Below, piece by piece: positions 8,986 to 20,452 of a DNA stretch of 64,000 nucleotides. A model generated the notes under the pieces. The model was not told the origin of the DNA. It did not search any database and saw nothing but the letters and a program-made list of their open reading frames with translations. Every line of letters begins with the position of its first letter. Positions within the stretch are counted from its first letter, which is position 1. The position numbers were made by a program, and so were the translations under genes. Source of the DNA: Aureliella sp. (GTDB lineage: Bacteria > Planctomycetota > Planctomycetia > Pirellulales > Pirellulaceae). The stretch is from assembly GCA_963691875.1 (NCBI GenBank), contig OY829846.1:416001-480000 (forward strand), read 5' to 3'.

Positions 8986-9660
8986 ACACGTTTACCCGTT
9001 ACGAATTTGCAGGACGCAGCCGCCCGACGATTGACATGCAACTGTAGGAATCGAACAAGTCAAAATTAACTGAAAATCCCGTCTTAATTCAAAAAAAACC
9101 GAGCAGATCCAAATTGAGCCCGCTGGTCTGCAACCGATCGACTAGCGCTTTGATAAGCAACATCAAGTGCTTGGAACGTATTTAGCGTTTGGATAATTGG
9201 TGCTGATGGACGCATTGCACGCTACTTATTTTTACTGGTGCTCTTGAGACTATACGATCGTCAAGCCAAGAGATCTGAGGGTAACGAGATGGCGAGCAAT
9301 TTGAAAAGCTCCGCTTATTCGCCGCCCTGCAGAGAAAGTTAGCTCGAACAAAACTAGGGTTGGAATGCGGAGTTTGCTTCAGAGGTTAGTCAGCGTTAAA
9401 GGCTGTGATCGATGCAGAAGCCTGGTAGGGCGCACGATTGCTGCAGCGAATGAGATGGCTTTTCTATGGCGAAGACTTCACGAGTGGGCTGACGCAATGG
9501 CTGCGACGTTGAGACTATGCTGCTTTTCTCGAGTGGCTTTTTCATAGACCGCCAAGACGCTCTTTGCTTTAGATGTTAGGCAACGGCATTTTATCTGCGT
9601 GACCACGCAACTTGCAAAACCTCTTTGTCGTCATGTGAGTTGGTCGCTCGTTTTTCACCC

Positions 9661-9937
9661 GCCCGGGAAAAAACGCTTGTACGAGATTAGACGGGGCTTG
9701 AGTTGTCTCGTAGTGTTGTTGCCATCAGTAGAAGTCGTTTGAGTCGCGTCACACACGAGCACTTGAGGATCTAATGTGACGCTCGAACCAGAGAACTTTT
9801 CAACCACTCAAGGTTGGAGAGTGGCACTTCCGCCGCACCCTTGAATGGATGAGTGCCGAAACCCGGAAGTCACCGTTGTCTCAACATTTATCAGAGAGGC
9901 AGCTCCGCGAGGATTTGCGTTGAAAACTTCTGCACAG
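9661..9937 (+). repeat. Dispersed structured repeat, copy 2
   Basis: Same conserved cores as copy 1; 5' part (gaaaaaa..acgagattagacggggcttgagttgtctcg) aligns with copy 4; ends in ttctgcacag. Confidence 0.9.
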
Positions 9938-10557
9938 CGAGCTAGGGAGGCTCAATAAAATAGCTGGGCAAAACGGCGTAATGACAAGGTCACGGAACAA
10001 ATGTATTGCGCAAAGAACGGTGCATCCTCAGTTCGAGACTGCGCATTCGTAGGGCAAAAGGCTACGTGAGAAATTCGAACCAAGCAACGGGTAAAGAATC
10101 ATCGGATAACTTAGGCTCCTCAGGGCCCTGCAGGCTCGTTTGAGGCTCGGAATCCGCAAGTTTCCTTTCACCAACGGGTTAGTAACTTGCGGCTCTCTGG
10201 ATTGAGTCTCAAGGTTTTCGCACTCAGGTACGCAATCTGCAGGTCAATAATTAGTTTTTGCTTGAAAGGCGTGCAACAGACACAAGCTTGTCGTGGGACA
10301 CGCAAAATTTGGCCCCCCAATCTGCGTTTGCTCGCGTCATTTGGTCGGGTAGGGTTGAAAGACAATGTGTGACAAAGGCCAAGCTGTTTAAATGGTTGCT
10401 GGCACCTGCTGCGGGCCGAGTCAGGCAAGAAATCTGGCCATTAATTCTGTACTCGGATTAGTTTTATCGCATCCAAAGGAGTAGTTTCTGCGAATACCAA
10501 ATTACTGGGTCAGATCCAACAGCCGGTTCTGCTTGTTCACCTATTAGTCGTTATCGT

Positions 10558-11612
10558 TTGGTTGCCTTAAAGAACACTAGCAGCCCATTGCCAGACAAAA
10601 AGACCCGTTGTAATCCCAAGTATTCTTTCTCGTGCGAAGTATTAGCGCTGCAAGCAACGAATTTTAAGCCAACCGGGAGTGCTAGCAATCCGGTCCGGCA
10701 ACTTGCTTGGACTCTTTTGCTCGTGGGACTTCAGGTGACGTCACCGGCTTTGGGTGGGGAAGAGAAAAAGCGTGATTCATCTGAGAAAACGCCCCAGGCC
10801 GATTCGAATCAACTCAATCCGAACATCGAAACAATACTGGTCAAGGCGGGTAGCTTTAACATGGGAAGCCCGTCCGTTGAGTTTGAGCGTCGTAAGAATG
10901 AAGTTCAACATAAAGTGACGCTTACGAGGAATTTTACCTTGGTCGGTACGAGGTGACGAAGGGGCAATGGGCGCTAGTGATGAATCTCGATGGCGTCGAA
11001 AATGGCGAAGAAAAACTCCCCATGGGCGGAGTCTCGTGGTTTGACGCTGTCGAATTCTGCAGGCGGTTGTCAGAACAGGAGAAAGCAGCAGGACGCCTTC
11101 CGGACGGTATGAGCTATCAATTGCCGACTGAAGCCGAGTGGGAATACGGTTGTCGTGCGGGTACGACCACTGCTTATTGGTGGGGTGATGAAGTGGATTC
11201 CAGTAAAGCAAACTTTGGAAACGAATTCACCGCAGACAATGTTCGACCAGTGGGGCAATACCAGGCGAATCCATGGGGGTTTCATGATATGCATGGGAAT
11301 GTCTATGAGTGGTGTAGCGACACTGCTACGCAAGCAGCGGATCCTCAGGATTACAACTTTGAAGCTCCTTATCCCTCGGGAAAGGCGACTGACCCTCAGG
11401 GGCATCAAGGCCCTTCGATCGCTTTTCAGTACACGCCCAAAGGTACTGTCAAAATGACGCTGCCCACCCATCTCAAGATTCTTAGAGGTGGGTGTTATTG
11501 GAGCCCAGCGTCTAACATTCGTTCCGCTTACAGGCACTCACATCCTGCTACGGACAAGCCGGGATTCAAGGGCTTCCGCGTGGCACTGAAGTTTGATCTG
11601 CAAACCGATTGA
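10558..11612 (+). pseudogene. Formylglycine-generating enzyme (FGE-sulfatase/SUMF1) domain protein, frameshifted
   Basis: GSFNMGS..EVQHKVTLTRNF in one frame continues as YLGRYEVT..LPTEAEWEY..HDMHGNVYEW..GFRV in another; one T appears lost at ~10932. Start position uncertain. Confidence 0.85.
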
Positions 11613-11789
11613 AATCGGCGAGTGAACTGTCGAGCTAGCTCGATGCCACCTTTTATGTCTTTAATCCCCTAAAAATACAAGCGAAAATATCACTGCAGCT
11701 AATCTTTGAGACAATCTTTCTCGGGGTATATGCGCAACTCCACGTGGTCGACGCTTGGCGTATAAGGCATTCAGCCCAAGAGCCTGATA

Positions 11790-12243
11790 CACGCTCCGGG
11801 CCCGTTTCGTTTCATGATGTTCTTTTCCGTGTACCGCGTCACCGACTCGATGCCAAGCTTCTTGAGTTCGCCAAGAATCCGGGTGTACCCCCAGCCAGGA
11901 CCCTTGGCGAGTTTTAGGATCAGCTTCTCGATTTCTTCTGCAGTTCGTGGCCGCCCATTCTTGGGCTGTTGCTTTCCCTTCGTGCCCGAGTCTTCTCGAT
12001 TCCAGCGACTGATCGTTGATGGAGGGACGATGGTCGCCAACTAATCCAATGCTGAACCGAGGTTCTTGGCGGATCGGACCAGCCGATTCTTCTCGCGTTG
12101 TGTCAGAGTCAGTCGCTTTGGAAGCCGGCTTTGCAGGATCTGGTTTTCGGCCTTCAAGTGGCTCAATTGGCTTACCAATTCCTTGTACCTGGAATTGGCA
12201 AATACGAGCATCAAATAGGCGTCAATTTTCGGAAGCTATTCAT
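11790..12243 (-). mobile_element. Degenerate N-terminal half of a planctomycete integrase-core-domain (DDE) transposase
   Basis: Reads KELVSQLSHLKAENQILQSRLPKRL..LD*LATIVPPSTISRW..GRPRT..WGYTRILGELKKLG; internal stop, 5' frameshift, catalytic half missing. Confidence 0.85.
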
Positions 12244-12269
12244 AGAGATTATGATGTGACTGACGGCGG

Positions 12270-12575
12270 GGGCGCGATCAGCTCAATCACTTCTATATCC
12301 TGCGGGATGCGCTGGAAAGCTGCGAGGCGGGTGAGGTGGCCCGCATCATTACGCCCGATCAATTGGAGGAGCCGGAATCGTTTCTTGAAGACGTATTGGA
12401 GATCTCTCGGCAGTTTGGTTCCAATGCAAAGAAGTTTGCCACTAAGCAACAGATGAATATGTGGTTGGAAAATGAACAACGCTTTCACGAATTGCTGGTC
12501 GAGTCCGCCCAAAAACCTGTCTTGGCTCGAGTTGTTCATGAGCACCGAGCTAACGGCCAAGTGTTCGACGCTTAG
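12270..12575 (+). pseudogene. GntR regulator FCD-domain fragment
   Basis: YILRDALES..ARIITPDQLEE..NEQRFHELLVESAQKPVL; no HTH domain. Confidence 0.6.
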
Positions 12576-12670
12576 CGCGACGACCTTCGGCTGCTCGCGT
12601 CACGACGGAATGTGGCGACGGAATGGTGAACCATCCCGTAATAAATTTACCCTCCCTCAGGAGGATGAAG

Positions 12671-13933
12671 ATGAGTGAGCGATGGTGTGTTTGGATGGGT
12701 GATTCACTGAGTCGATTCTTTGTTGGTAGTCTCAGGTTCTACGCTCGGATTGTTTCCCCCCTTATCGCGTGCTGCGTATTGGATGGTGCAGCTCAGGCAA
12801 CCGAGCCCTTCTTCCAGAAGTCGGTACTTTTTGAGGAGCAGACCGACGGATTCGTGCTCTATCGAATCCCGGGCATTGTGGTGACGGCCAAGGGTACGGT
12901 CCTGGCATACTGTGAAGCCAGGAAATTCAGCGAAGCGGATCGTGGGGAGATCGAAATACACCTGCGTCGAAGCACCGATGGCGGCAAGACGTTTTCACCT
13001 CCGGTGCAACTTGCGCACCTAGGACCTCGCCTATCCAGGAATCCTGTGCTTCCCCCGGGAAAGGAAGCGAAGGACATGGGCGGACCGAATGAACAGACGG
13101 TTAACAACCCAGTCGCCGTCGCCACACGTTCCGGACGGGTGCATCTGATTTACTGTATCGAGTACATGCGATGCTTCTCGATTCACAGTGACGACGATGG
13201 GCAAACGTGGTCGTCCCCAATCGAAATCACGTCAGCTCTTAACTCTTTCCGTGAACACATCGACTGGCAGGTGATCGCGACCGGGCCTGGGCATGGGATC
13301 GAGTTATCGAATGGTCGACTGATTGTTCCGGTTTGGATGTCCGATTACCGATCGCGGGGGAAAATCGGGAAGGCAGCAGCGACCATCTATAGCGACGACG
13401 GCGGTACGACGTGGCGTGCGGGCAATCCAGCGATTCCGACCGGCGGCGAAGCGAACGTTGTGGAACGATCCGATGGCAGTGTGATGCTGACGGCGAGAAA
13501 CGGTGATTCACGTAATCGGCGACTCGTCGCCTTCAGTCCCAACGGCTTCAGCAACTGGTCCGCACCACGGATCGCAGATGAACTCAAAGAGCCGGGATGC
13601 ATGGCGAGCGTGACGAAGTATTCAATTAACCAGGATTCGCCCTACAAACTCTTGTTCTCGAACGCGCAGACAGCGAAACGCAAACACTCGGCAAGGCGCA
13701 ATCTGACGATTCATCTGAGTCGCGACGACGGAATTACTTGGCCGATCCAGCGTACGATTGAACCCGGCCCCAGCGCCTACTCCGATCTCGCTGTTTTGCC
13801 CAACGGAACAATTCTCTGCTTCTATGAATCGGGCGTGGCTAAGCCCAAGATCAAGCGAACAAGAGACTGGGCCTACGCCAACCTCTCGTTGGCTCGCTTC
13901 AATCTCGCTTGGATGAACGGAAAGACGCGATGA
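12671..13933 (+). CDS. Sialidase (GH33/BNR-repeat), secreted
   Basis: YRIPGIVVT, Asp-boxes STDGGKTF/SDDDGQTW/SDDGGTTW/SRDDGITW, AYSDL; start codon uncertain. Confidence 0.9.
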   Translation: MSERWCVWMGDSLSRFFVGSLRFYARIVSPLIACCVLDGAAQATEPFFQKSVLFEEQTDGFVLYRIPGIVVTAKGTVLAYCEARKFSEADRGEIEIHLRRSTDGGKTFSPPVQLAHLGPRLSRNPVLPPGKEAKDMGGPNEQTVNNPVAVATRSGRVHLIYCIEYMRCFSIHSDDDGQTWSSPIEITSALNSFREHIDWQVIATGPGHGIELSNGRLIVPVWMSDYRSRGKIGKAAATIYSDDGGTTWRAGNPAIPTGGEANVVERSDGSVMLTARNGDSRNRRLVAFSPNGFSNWSAPRIADELKEPGCMASVTKYSINQDSPYKLLFSNAQTAKRKHSARRNLTIHLSRDDGITWPIQRTIEPGPSAYSDLAVLPNGTILCFYESGVAKPKIKRTRDWAYANLSLARFNLAWMNGKTR

Positions 13934-14037
13934 AGAAGATAATGAATAGTAAGACAGCTTATTCCATTGTGGCTATCTTCATTGCCTTTGTCTTGCGCTA
14001 GGGAGTTCTGACCAAGACGAAAAGGTAAATCACAAAC

Positions 14038-14523
14038 ATGGAGTCTCACGCCATGCAAGATGCGCTCAGAATCTTTGCTTTGTTCGTAGCCCTACTCGCG
14101 CCAACGATGGATACGCTCGCGGACGACACAGAAGACGGTGGCTTGTCCTGGCAACATGTCGAACTGGCGTTCGGCTACCAAGGTCCGCTGATCATCGTTG
14201 CTGGCATCGAAACCATTCTGCGCGACGGCGTTCCGCATTACCTGCTCCCGGCGCACCGCAATAACCGGCATCGCGATCGGCATGGCTACCGACGTCAGTT
14301 CGACCTTGAGAGCATGAGCCTTTTGCGTTGGAACATGGCTGACTACGTCGACTATCCCGAGAGCAACCCTGGCTTCCAGCACGAAGGAAAGATCGCGTCA
14401 TCGGACGAGGGAGAAGGTCTAAAAATCGTCGTGCGAACCGCGAGGATGGATCGCGACCGGCCACTCGATCCGCCTCGGGCGTTTGAAAGTCGAGTGAATG
14501 CCCAATCCCGCACGACGCCTTAA
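14038..14523 (+). pseudogene. Probable internally deleted BNR/sialidase-like gene remnant
   Basis: Signal-like N-terminus followed directly by TEDGGLSW Asp-box-like segment; too short for a propeller. Confidence 0.4.
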
Positions 14524-14609
14524 AAAACAATGCATAAGTCGAAGTGACTCAGTTATTATTTGGATGATCGATATCGCAAAGTCCAGCAAATGGATAGGAG
14601 ACACCTCTC

Positions 14610-15950
14610 ATGGCACTTTCACGCCGATCGTTTTTACAGAGCACGGCCGCAACAGGCGCAAGTTTATCCTTCGCCGCTCCAAGCATCCTTAGCGCGAAGT
14701 CGGTAAATGAAAAGCTGAATATCGCATCCATTGCGGTCGGCGGGCGAGGCTGGTCCGATGCGAATGGCGCTTCTCAAGGGCACGACCTGGTCGCTTTCTG
14801 TGATGTCATGACCGAGGCGTCGTCCCGTAAGGGCGGCTACGTTGAAGCAGCAAAGCAATGGCCGAAAGCCAGGCGATATCAGGACTGGCGAAAGCTGCTT
14901 GATGAGAGCAAGGACATTGATGCGGTCACCATCTCAACTCCCGATCACATGCACGCTGCTCCGACGCTGGCTGCAATGCGACTGGGCAAACATGTCTTTA
15001 CGCAAAAGCCATTAACGCACACCGTCCATGAATCGCGAAAGCTGATGCTCGAAGCTCGTCGGCTTGGTGTTGCAACACAGATGGGAATTCAAAATCAATC
15101 GACGGTTGGACATCGCACGACGGTCGCTTTGATTCAGGATGGCCTGATCGGAAAGATCAAACAGGCATACGGCTGGAGCCATAAAGGCTGGGCTGGCCCG
15201 GCAGAAGGCCGGCCTTCGCAGACTGACGAAGTACCCAAAGGCTTGAACTGGGATCTCTGGCTGGGCGTGGCTCCCGAGAGACCCTATGCCGATAAGATCT
15301 ACCAACCAATGAACTGGCGAGGCTGGCTCGACTTTGGATCCGGAACGCTGGGCGATATGGGAATTCATATCTTTGAGCCGATGTTCTCGACACTGCGTGT
15401 TGCGGCACCAGTGGCCGTAAGGAGCCTCGGCTTGGCTGCTAACCCAGAGACATGGCAACCAGGTAATACGGTCGAGTACGAGTTCGCGGGAACGAAATAT
15501 ACGTCGGGCGATTTGCTGCGTTATGTGTGGCGCGACGGGATAGCGGGGAAGCCTCCGCTCTCGACTTCCGAGTACCTGCCGTCAGGCCTGAAGTTGCCCA
15601 AGCAGGGGACACTTTTTGTCGGCGAACACGGAGCCATCGTCCATTCACACGGCGGTGGTCCGGCAGTGTTCCCGAATGATCTTCTCGATGGTTACGACAT
15701 GCCTCATATCGAAAAGCGAGGGCATTTCGAAAACTGGCACGAAGCGATCCGAACAAGCGAGCCAGCGTGCGCATCGTTTGACTTCGCTGCTCCGCTTACA
15801 GAAACCGTCCTGCTGGGAAATATCGCCGTGAGATTCCCCAAGGAGCGACTCGAGTGGGATACGCAAACCCTCAGCTTTACAAATAGTCACCAGGCGAACG
15901 CGTTCGTAAAAACGGAATACAGAAAGGGCTGGGAGCTAGAAGGGCTGTAA
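14610..15950 (+). CDS. Gfo/Idh/MocA oxidoreductase with Tat signal
   Basis: SRRSFL Tat motif, ISTPDHMH, QKPL, WDLWLG, GTLGDMGIH. Confidence 0.93.
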   Translation: MALSRRSFLQSTAATGASLSFAAPSILSAKSVNEKLNIASIAVGGRGWSDANGASQGHDLVAFCDVMTEASSRKGGYVEAAKQWPKARRYQDWRKLLDESKDIDAVTISTPDHMHAAPTLAAMRLGKHVFTQKPLTHTVHESRKLMLEARRLGVATQMGIQNQSTVGHRTTVALIQDGLIGKIKQAYGWSHKGWAGPAEGRPSQTDEVPKGLNWDLWLGVAPERPYADKIYQPMNWRGWLDFGSGTLGDMGIHIFEPMFSTLRVAAPVAVRSLGLAANPETWQPGNTVEYEFAGTKYTSGDLLRYVWRDGIAGKPPLSTSEYLPSGLKLPKQGTLFVGEHGAIVHSHGGGPAVFPNDLLDGYDMPHIEKRGHFENWHEAIRTSEPACASFDFAAPLTETVLLGNIAVRFPKERLEWDTQTLSFTNSHQANAFVKTEYRKGWELEGL

Positions 15951-15984
15951 TTCAACTTCGCCGCGTAAACTGCTTACTTACAAG

Positions 15985-16629
15985 ATGACAAAACTCATGA
16001 AGTCAACACGGATTACCAAATACACGCTTGCATTCTCCATGCTGCTCTTTCCTGCCTCGCTTGGACTAAGTGCGGAGCCGGTCTCTCTATTCAACGGAAA
16101 GGATCTGACCGGATGGACTGGAGCGGATTACGAAGTCAAAGACGGAGTTCTGATTTGTAGTGGCAAGATCCTCAGGACCGAGAAGCAATATTCCAACTAT
16201 GTCTTCGAATTCGACTTTCTTCTCCCCAAAGGTGGAAACAATGGAATCGGGGTTCATTATCCCGGAGAAGGAAGACCTTCCGGAGCTGGCTTGGAACTAC
16301 AGATCCTGGATAACAGTCATCCAAAGTATTCGAAGTTGAAGGAATCTCAATACCACGGTTCTCTCTACAAACTCCTGGCCGCTAGGCGTGGCTTCTTGAA
16401 GCCAACCGGTGAGTGGAACCACCAGAAGGTCACGGTGGATGGCCCGAAGATCATCGTGGAATTAAACGGTACAAAAATTCTTGATGCCGACCTGAATGAA
16501 CTAGCAACTAAGAATCGCAAGCACAAAGGAGTCAAACGACGCAGTGGCTATATCTGCTTCTGCGGACATGGTGCTCCGGTTCAGTTCAGGAATATCACGA
16601 TTCTCGAATTAACTGGTAAGGAACAATGA
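15985..16629 (+). CDS. DUF1080 (3-keto-disaccharide hydrolase family) protein
   Basis: LFNGKDLTGW, GGNNG, ELQILD, GEWN, FRNI. Confidence 0.92.
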   Translation: MTKLMKSTRITKYTLAFSMLLFPASLGLSAEPVSLFNGKDLTGWTGADYEVKDGVLICSGKILRTEKQYSNYVFEFDFLLPKGGNNGIGVHYPGEGRPSGAGLELQILDNSHPKYSKLKESQYHGSLYKLLAARRGFLKPTGEWNHQKVTVDGPKIIVELNGTKILDADLNELATKNRKHKGVKRRSGYICFCGHGAPVQFRNITILELTGKEQ

Positions 16630-18056
16630 AACTGCTTTTCCAACTCATTGCTCTTTTAATCGTTACTTCCGTTCTCCGGACGCTGGCTGCAGAGGAGCAG
16701 CGAAAGCCGTACAACGTTTTGTTCATCATTTCAGACGACCTCACTGCAACCGCTCTTGGCTGTTACGGCAATCAAGTCTGTAAGACTCCCAACATCGACC
16801 AACTGGCTGCCGAGGGGACTCTTTTCTCCCGCGCGTATTGTCAGGCCACCATTTGCGCGCCATCCCGGGCATCCATCTTGTTCGGTTATTATCCGTTCGC
16901 TACCAAAGCAACGGGTTATACCAGCGGCCGTAAAGAGGTCGGTCCCGACAAAGATAGTTGGCCCCAGCATTTCAGGAAAAACGGCTATCACAGCGCACGT
17001 ATTTCTAAGGTGTTTCACATGGGAGTTCCCACGGATATCGCACCTGGCAAAAATGGTGCAGACGATCCTGATTCCTGGGATGAAGCGTTCAACAGTCCAG
17101 GCCCTGAGTCCGAAGCACCGGGAACCGGCGAGACCCTCCAGAACAATCCCGGTGGCCTGAAGAAAGGGGCAGCCGGCGGTAATCGATTTTCGGTGGTGGA
17201 AGCCGATGGCGATGACTTGGTGCACTCCGATGGAAAAACCGCTCAAAAGGCCGTTGAGCTCATCCACCAATACAAGAACCTGGACAAACCATTTTTTCTA
17301 GCGGTTGGTTTCGTACGACCGCACGTCCCTCTTGTTGCTCCACGGAAGTATTTTGCCCCCTATGCGTTTGAGGAAATGGTTTTGCCGCCGAAGATTCAAG
17401 GCGACTGGGATGACATTCCCAGGACTCCGGGAAACAGAAGAACCTCGGAAAACCTACAGATGGACACTCAGCAGCAAAAGAAATTGATTCGAGGGTACTA
17501 TGCGTCGGTCAGTTTTATGGATGCCTTGACCGGCAACGTGCTTGAAGCTCTGGAGAAAAGCGGTCAACGCGAAAGCACGATCGTCATCTTTACGAGTGAT
17601 CATGGTTACCACCTGGGCGAACACGACTTGTGGTCCAAAGTGAGTATTCACGAGGAATCGGCGTGTGTGCCCCTAATCATCTCTGTGCCGGGCAGACAAC
17701 CGGCGGTGTGCGATTCGCTAGTGGAGCTGCTTGATCTTTTTCCCACCGTTTCCGGGATTTGCGGGCTGAAGATCCCTGAAAACCTTCAAGGCCAGGACAT
17801 TTCTCCCATGCTGAATGATCCGAAGCTCAGAGTTCGAGACGCCACCTTGTGCAGCGGAAAAGGTCGACTTTATCGCAGCAATCGATGGGCACTGCTGGAC
17901 TACGGAAAAACCGGAGAGTTGTACGACATGGAGATGGACCCGAAGCAGTACGTCAATCTCTTCAGCAAACCAGAATACGCGGAGGTTCTCTCCGGACTGA
18001 AACAAAAACTGAAGGTGAAACTGGCGAAAGTCAGCATGAATAATCTGGGGAATTAG
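16626..18056 (+). CDS. Sulfatase (iduronate-2-sulfatase/choline-sulfatase-like)
   Basis: NVLFIISDDL, CAPSRAS, GFVRPHVP, FTSDHGYHLGEH, ELYD..DP. Confidence 0.95.
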   Translation: MKLLFQLIALLIVTSVLRTLAAEEQRKPYNVLFIISDDLTATALGCYGNQVCKTPNIDQLAAEGTLFSRAYCQATICAPSRASILFGYYPFATKATGYTSGRKEVGPDKDSWPQHFRKNGYHSARISKVFHMGVPTDIAPGKNGADDPDSWDEAFNSPGPESEAPGTGETLQNNPGGLKKGAAGGNRFSVVEADGDDLVHSDGKTAQKAVELIHQYKNLDKPFFLAVGFVRPHVPLVAPRKYFAPYAFEEMVLPPKIQGDWDDIPRTPGNRRTSENLQMDTQQQKKLIRGYYASVSFMDALTGNVLEALEKSGQRESTIVIFTSDHGYHLGEHDLWSKVSIHEESACVPLIISVPGRQPAVCDSLVELLDLFPTVSGICGLKIPENLQGQDISPMLNDPKLRVRDATLCSGKGRLYRSNRWALLDYGKTGELYDMEMDPKQYVNLFSKPEYAEVLSGLKQKLKVKLAKVSMNNLGN

Positions 18057-18413
18057 AAACCATGATCCAACTTGACTGGCGCAAATTCCTTCGCGGACTT
18101 GCAGGAGGGCCCTCACCAGTATCGCAGTCTCGCCGAAGTACCTGGTCACGCGAACGTTCTTGCTGACTTGATAAGAACGACACGATCGGTGGGAGCTGGA
18201 AACCACCGATCCGCTACTTGATCCCAAGAAGCTCCGCGGGCTGACAAAGGAAGTTCGCTCAGTGAAAAAGAAGTTCGCCGGCAAAAAGTACTCATGGAAA
18301 TAACCGGACTTCCTGTTTGAGTATTGGAACTCGTGATGAGTGTCAGTCACACGCGGATATGTCTGCCAAGAGGATCGACGACTTTCGCTACACTAATTTG
18401 GTAAGACATACCC

Positions 18414-19056
18414 ATGAGAAAGTACGCACTTCGTCTACGCGCTACGCTGGCTGCGATCGTGCTGCACAGCATTGCAATCTTAGACACTGGGTTCGCTAAA
18501 ATAACGACAGCGCCAGCAGTGAAGTGGACGTCAGTTGATGCGCCGTACTTCCGCTACCGGTTCCTGGAAAAGGTGAAAGCGACGACGCTATTGCACGCAA
18601 CGCGTGTGACGGGAACATCCAGCCTTCACGGGTACCTCGCATACTTTAGAGGAATCCTGTTTGCCTGCTGTGATAGCCGGGCAATTGACGAGAACACTTC
18701 GGGGCAGCACGGTGTCTAACGGTGTTCGACCGAGGATGGAAAGACATGGTGCGATCCGAAGACTCTGTTTCCACCGCTTGCAGACAACGTCGCGTCCTCG
18801 GTCGCAAAAGAATCCCGGCCGTTTCAATAAAGTCTCACGGATCCGAAACGGATTGCTGGCCCGTCAAGTTCGCGACGACAGGACCTTGGGGCCGGTTTTC
18901 TGGCTGTCGGACTCAGCCCCGTCCCGCGAACCCGGTTTTCCCGCTATCCCTGCTGGCGGCAGGAAGATCGTTTGCGAAATCAACGCCGGTTTCAAAGAGC
19001 CGGCAAACTGGCCCTTTCAGGAAATCGCTTCATCAGGCCGGGCAATCCCAGCCTGA
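18414..19056 (+). pseudogene. Decayed secreted sialidase-like/propeller gene
   Basis: Signal-like start and LHGYLAYFRG..DENTSGQHG, then broken frames (RLCFHRL.., LGPVFWLSDSAP..PGFPAIPAG). Confidence 0.45.
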
Positions 19057-19755
19057 TAAAACGCTGATTTTCTCACATGTTGTGTACCAAAAAAATCGGA
19101 GTGGCTCTTCGCCCAAATTTCTGGCCGACACAAAAATGCGTCAGAAAAGCTACAACCCAATACTCTTGTAGCGAGTAGAAAAATTACCACTCCCGTATGC
19201 TTCGGCCTTTTATACCCGCAACGTCCGAATTCCGGCCAAGATCCCGTCCATTGTTAAAATTCGGTTTCTGTCTCGTGTCGACGTCAAGTAACCGAGTGGG
19301 TTGAGGTTTCGATCTGTTGGGGCAAAGAGGCCGAAAAAATCGCCGCGAAGGCGAATCAGTTCCGCATGTGAGCTCGTAAGCACCGAAAGCAGGTATTTTC
19401 AGCAGGTTTTAATTTGAGTCAGAATCGCCACTCAGCACCGCTTACGTAGACCGAGCACAAAACGCTGAGATCGCATCAATTCATTAAATTTCCATGAAAA
19501 CGCTAACGCGGCTGTTTTGACCTTAGGGCTTGAATTTGTGATCGAGGTGCCAGCGAAATACCGGGCTTTGGCAAGAGCCCGATATCGTCAGTCGAGGCTC
19601 AAACGCGGAGGCATTTGATTATTGCGTCCAAACGCGACTAAAATCTCCGGTCATGATGCAGCGTGATGGACTGCACACGCGGAATCCTGAGCGATTTATA
19701 AAGCAAGTGTCCTCCGCTGTGACTCGTATGCCTCATTTGATTTCGGCCGTCGTTA

Positions 19756-20331
19756 ATGATCGCAAACGCAATAGAAGTTGATACTCAAAAGCAGTTTCTT
19801 AAGGCTAACAGGGCGGAAGACATTCTACCCCTAGTGTACGAACAGTTGCGTCAACTTGCTGAGAGCAAATTAGCCAACGAGGCATTTTGCCACTCTATGC
19901 AGGCGACGGCACTGGTTCACGAGGTCTATCTGCGTCTAACAGAACGCGATCCTGATTTGCAATGGAATGGTCGCAGTCATTTCTTTGGTGCTGCTGCGAT
20001 CGCTATGCGACGACTCTTGGTAGAGCGAGCACGCAAGCGCAAAACGTTGCGTCGAGGAAAAGACTTCGTGCGACAACCGCTCACAGAATTGGACCAGCTT
20101 GAGGCTCACCTTTGGAATCAGAGAGTGAACATTCTGGACCTAAATGACGCACTAGAAAAATTGGCGGAGCATAATGCTCGCCAGGCGCGACTTGTGGAAC
20201 TTCGTTTTCTTCTGGGCATGACCAACAAAGAGGCAGCTGAAGTTCTGCGCATCTCCAGTGCAACAGCAGACCTTGATTGGAGATATGCTCGCTCCTACCT
20301 GCAACTTGAACTCAGCTCAGATGAGCGTTGA
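19756..20331 (+). CDS. ECF sigma factor (planctomycete TIGR02999-like)
   Basis: LPLVYEQLRQLA, QATALVHEVYLRL, HFFGAAAIAMRRLLVERAR, VELRF..DWRYAR; lies upstream of a Ser/Thr kinase. Confidence 0.93.
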   Translation: MIANAIEVDTQKQFLKANRAEDILPLVYEQLRQLAESKLANEAFCHSMQATALVHEVYLRLTERDPDLQWNGRSHFFGAAAIAMRRLLVERARKRKTLRRGKDFVRQPLTELDQLEAHLWNQRVNILDLNDALEKLAEHNARQARLVELRFLLGMTNKEAAEVLRISSATADLDWRYARSYLQLELSSDER

Positions 20332-20452
20332 TTTTTGCTTTGGCCGCTAGGCCTGTCGAAAATGAGACGGGTGGATGGGCTCAGAAATAGAGGCATTCAG
20401 AGCGATGCTCGCACCGTCGAGCCAAACCTATAAAGACAGGTGGTAAATTGAA

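Noticed and set aside
9000..9120. Sigma70 promoter for the mys operon
   Set aside because: Several weak candidate -35/-10 pairs, none convincing
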